Of a stretch of 64,000 nucleotides of DNA, positions 62,405 through 64,000 are shown piece by piece. Origin of the DNA: Raja brachyura (Eukaryota). Under the pieces are notes generated by a model. The model saw only the letters and a list, made by a program, of their open reading frames with translations, searched no databases and had not been told where the DNA came from. Where the stretch lies: assembly GCA_963514005.1 (NCBI GenBank), contig OY740793.1, positions 44,578,001 to 44,642,000 on the forward strand. The letters are read 5' to 3'. The stretch's first letter is position 1; each line of letters begins with the position of its first letter. The translations under genes were made by a program, and so were the position numbers.

Positions 62405-63785
62405 AACTACCCTGGCAGACTCATTGTTTCTGCCTGCACCCTGTCCCACTGAAATGATTTCCACATACCTCGACTCCATCCTATCCCCCCCCCGGTCTAA
62501 TCTCTCCCAACCTCTGTCCACGATACCTCACATGCCCTTCGTCTCTTTAATGACTTCCGCTTTCCGAGCCCCCATTCCCTCATCTTTACTACGGACGTTA
62601 ATCTACACCTACATCCTCCACCAAGAAGGCCTTAAAGCACTTGGTTTCTTCCTCGACCGCAGAACCATCCAATTTCCCTCTACTAACACTCTACTCCCCC
62701 TATTGGTACTGGTGCTCACCCTTAACAACTTCTTTGAATCCCACTTCCTCCAAGTCCAAGGTGTAGCTATGGGCACCCGCATGGGCCCCAGTTATGCCTG
62801 TCTCGTTGGAGCGTAGGTTGAACAGTCCCTGATCCAGACGTACACTGGCCCCATCTCCAAACTCTATCTCCATTACATTGACTGCATTGGTGCTACCATC
62901 TGCACCCATGCAGAACTCATGCACTTCACCACCAATTTCCATCCTGCACTCAAATTTACTTGGACCATCTCAGACACCTCCCTCCCCTTTCTTAATCTCA
63001 CAGTCTCCATCACAGGAAATACACTATCGATTGACGTCTATTACAAACCCACTGACTCCCACAACTATTCTCGACTACACATCTTCCCATCCTGCTTCCT
63101 GCAAAGACTCTATCCCCTACTCCCTATTCCTCCATCTATGCCGCATCAGTGCCCAAGATGAGGTGTTCCATACCAGGACATCCAAGATGTCCTCACTCTT
63201 TAAGGAATGGGGATCTCCTCTCCCATCTTGGATGAGGCCCTCACTCGTGTCTCATCTTTACCATGCAGCTCCGCCCTTGCTCCCCTCCCCCTAGTCACAA
63301 CAGAGACATAGTTTCCTTAGCCCTTAACTTTCACCCTATGAGTTGTCGCATACAACACATAATCTTACAACATTTTCGCCACCTCCAACGGGATCCCAAC
63401 ATTAGTCACATCTTCCCATCTCCACCCATTTCCTCCTTCCGCAGAGACTATTCCCTCCGCAACTCCCTGGTTAACTCATCCCTTCCCACCCAAACCACCT
63501 CCTTCTCAGGTACCTTCCCCTGCAAACACAGAAGATGTAACACCTGTCCGAAGACCTCCTCCTTCGACTCTGTCCAGGGACCCCGACAGTCCTTTCAGGT
63601 TAGGCAGAGGCTCACTTGCACTTCCGCCAACCTCATTGTCCTTTATGTCTCTACATAATCGTCTATATCTCTCATTTCCCTTATCCCTAACCAGTCTGAA
63701 GAAGGGTCGAGCCAAAACGTCACCTATTCATTCGCTTCAGAGATACTGCCTGTCCCACTGAGTTACTCCAGCTTTTTGTGCCTAT
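62405..63785 (+). mobile_element. Penelope element (RT to terminal repeat), degenerate, internally deleted
   Basis: LQVQGVAMGTRMGPSYACL, SLPFLNLTV, DVYYKPTDSH and PCKHRRCNTC motifs. Hammerhead-like CTGAAGAAGGGTCGAGCCAAAACGTC at ~63695. Confidence 0.88.
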
Positions 63786-64000
63786 TATTACAAAAAGATT
63801 GAGTGCAGATGCCTGGCTGAAATTCTATATTGCCTTGGCAAGACTTTTCCTGGAATATTGTGTACAGTTTTGGTTTCCTGATCCAATAACAAAAGGTATC
63901 CTTGCCACTGAGAGAACGTAATTTAGATTTACATGGCTGGTAGTTTCCGTGGTGTACTATGATCATCTATGAGAAGCCTAGTTGACAAGTTGAGAACTGT

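Noticed and set aside
59453-64000. A further upstream TM9SF exon (expected WASRWDYIL...IQWFS)
   Set aside because: Not found on the minus strand in this interval, so it presumably lies beyond the window.

Overview
Eukaryotic vertebrate genomic DNA. The repeat families and gene content suggest a cartilaginous fish, probably a skate or ray (inference). There are two host genes, arranged tail to tail. The first is a GC-rich GPR101 with a single coding exon on + (24478-25638), inside a CpG island. The second is the last nine coding exons of a TM9SF2-like nonaspanin on - (59452 down to 29719). All of its splice sites are GT-AG and the reading frame is continuous. Its residues and its position next to GPR101 point to the paralog TM9SF5. 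The rest of the window is mostly transposons, often nested: Gypsy LTR, Rex1/Babar, CR1, Penelope, a non-autonomous RTE, Tc1, hAT, PIF/Harbinger MITEs, Helitrons and V-SINEs. The most interesting observations are: (1) a hAT element carrying a captured IQSEC2 exon fragment (Pack-TIR); (2) many Penelope-derived minimal hammerhead ribozyme motifs, including a tandem 207-nt retrozyme-like unit and one copy whose helix I is completed by its target site; (3) a Helitron containing a copy of the neighbouring CR1; (4) an inverted duplication that preserves the empty site of a later Rex1 insertion. All identifications come from recalled family knowledge, not database searches.
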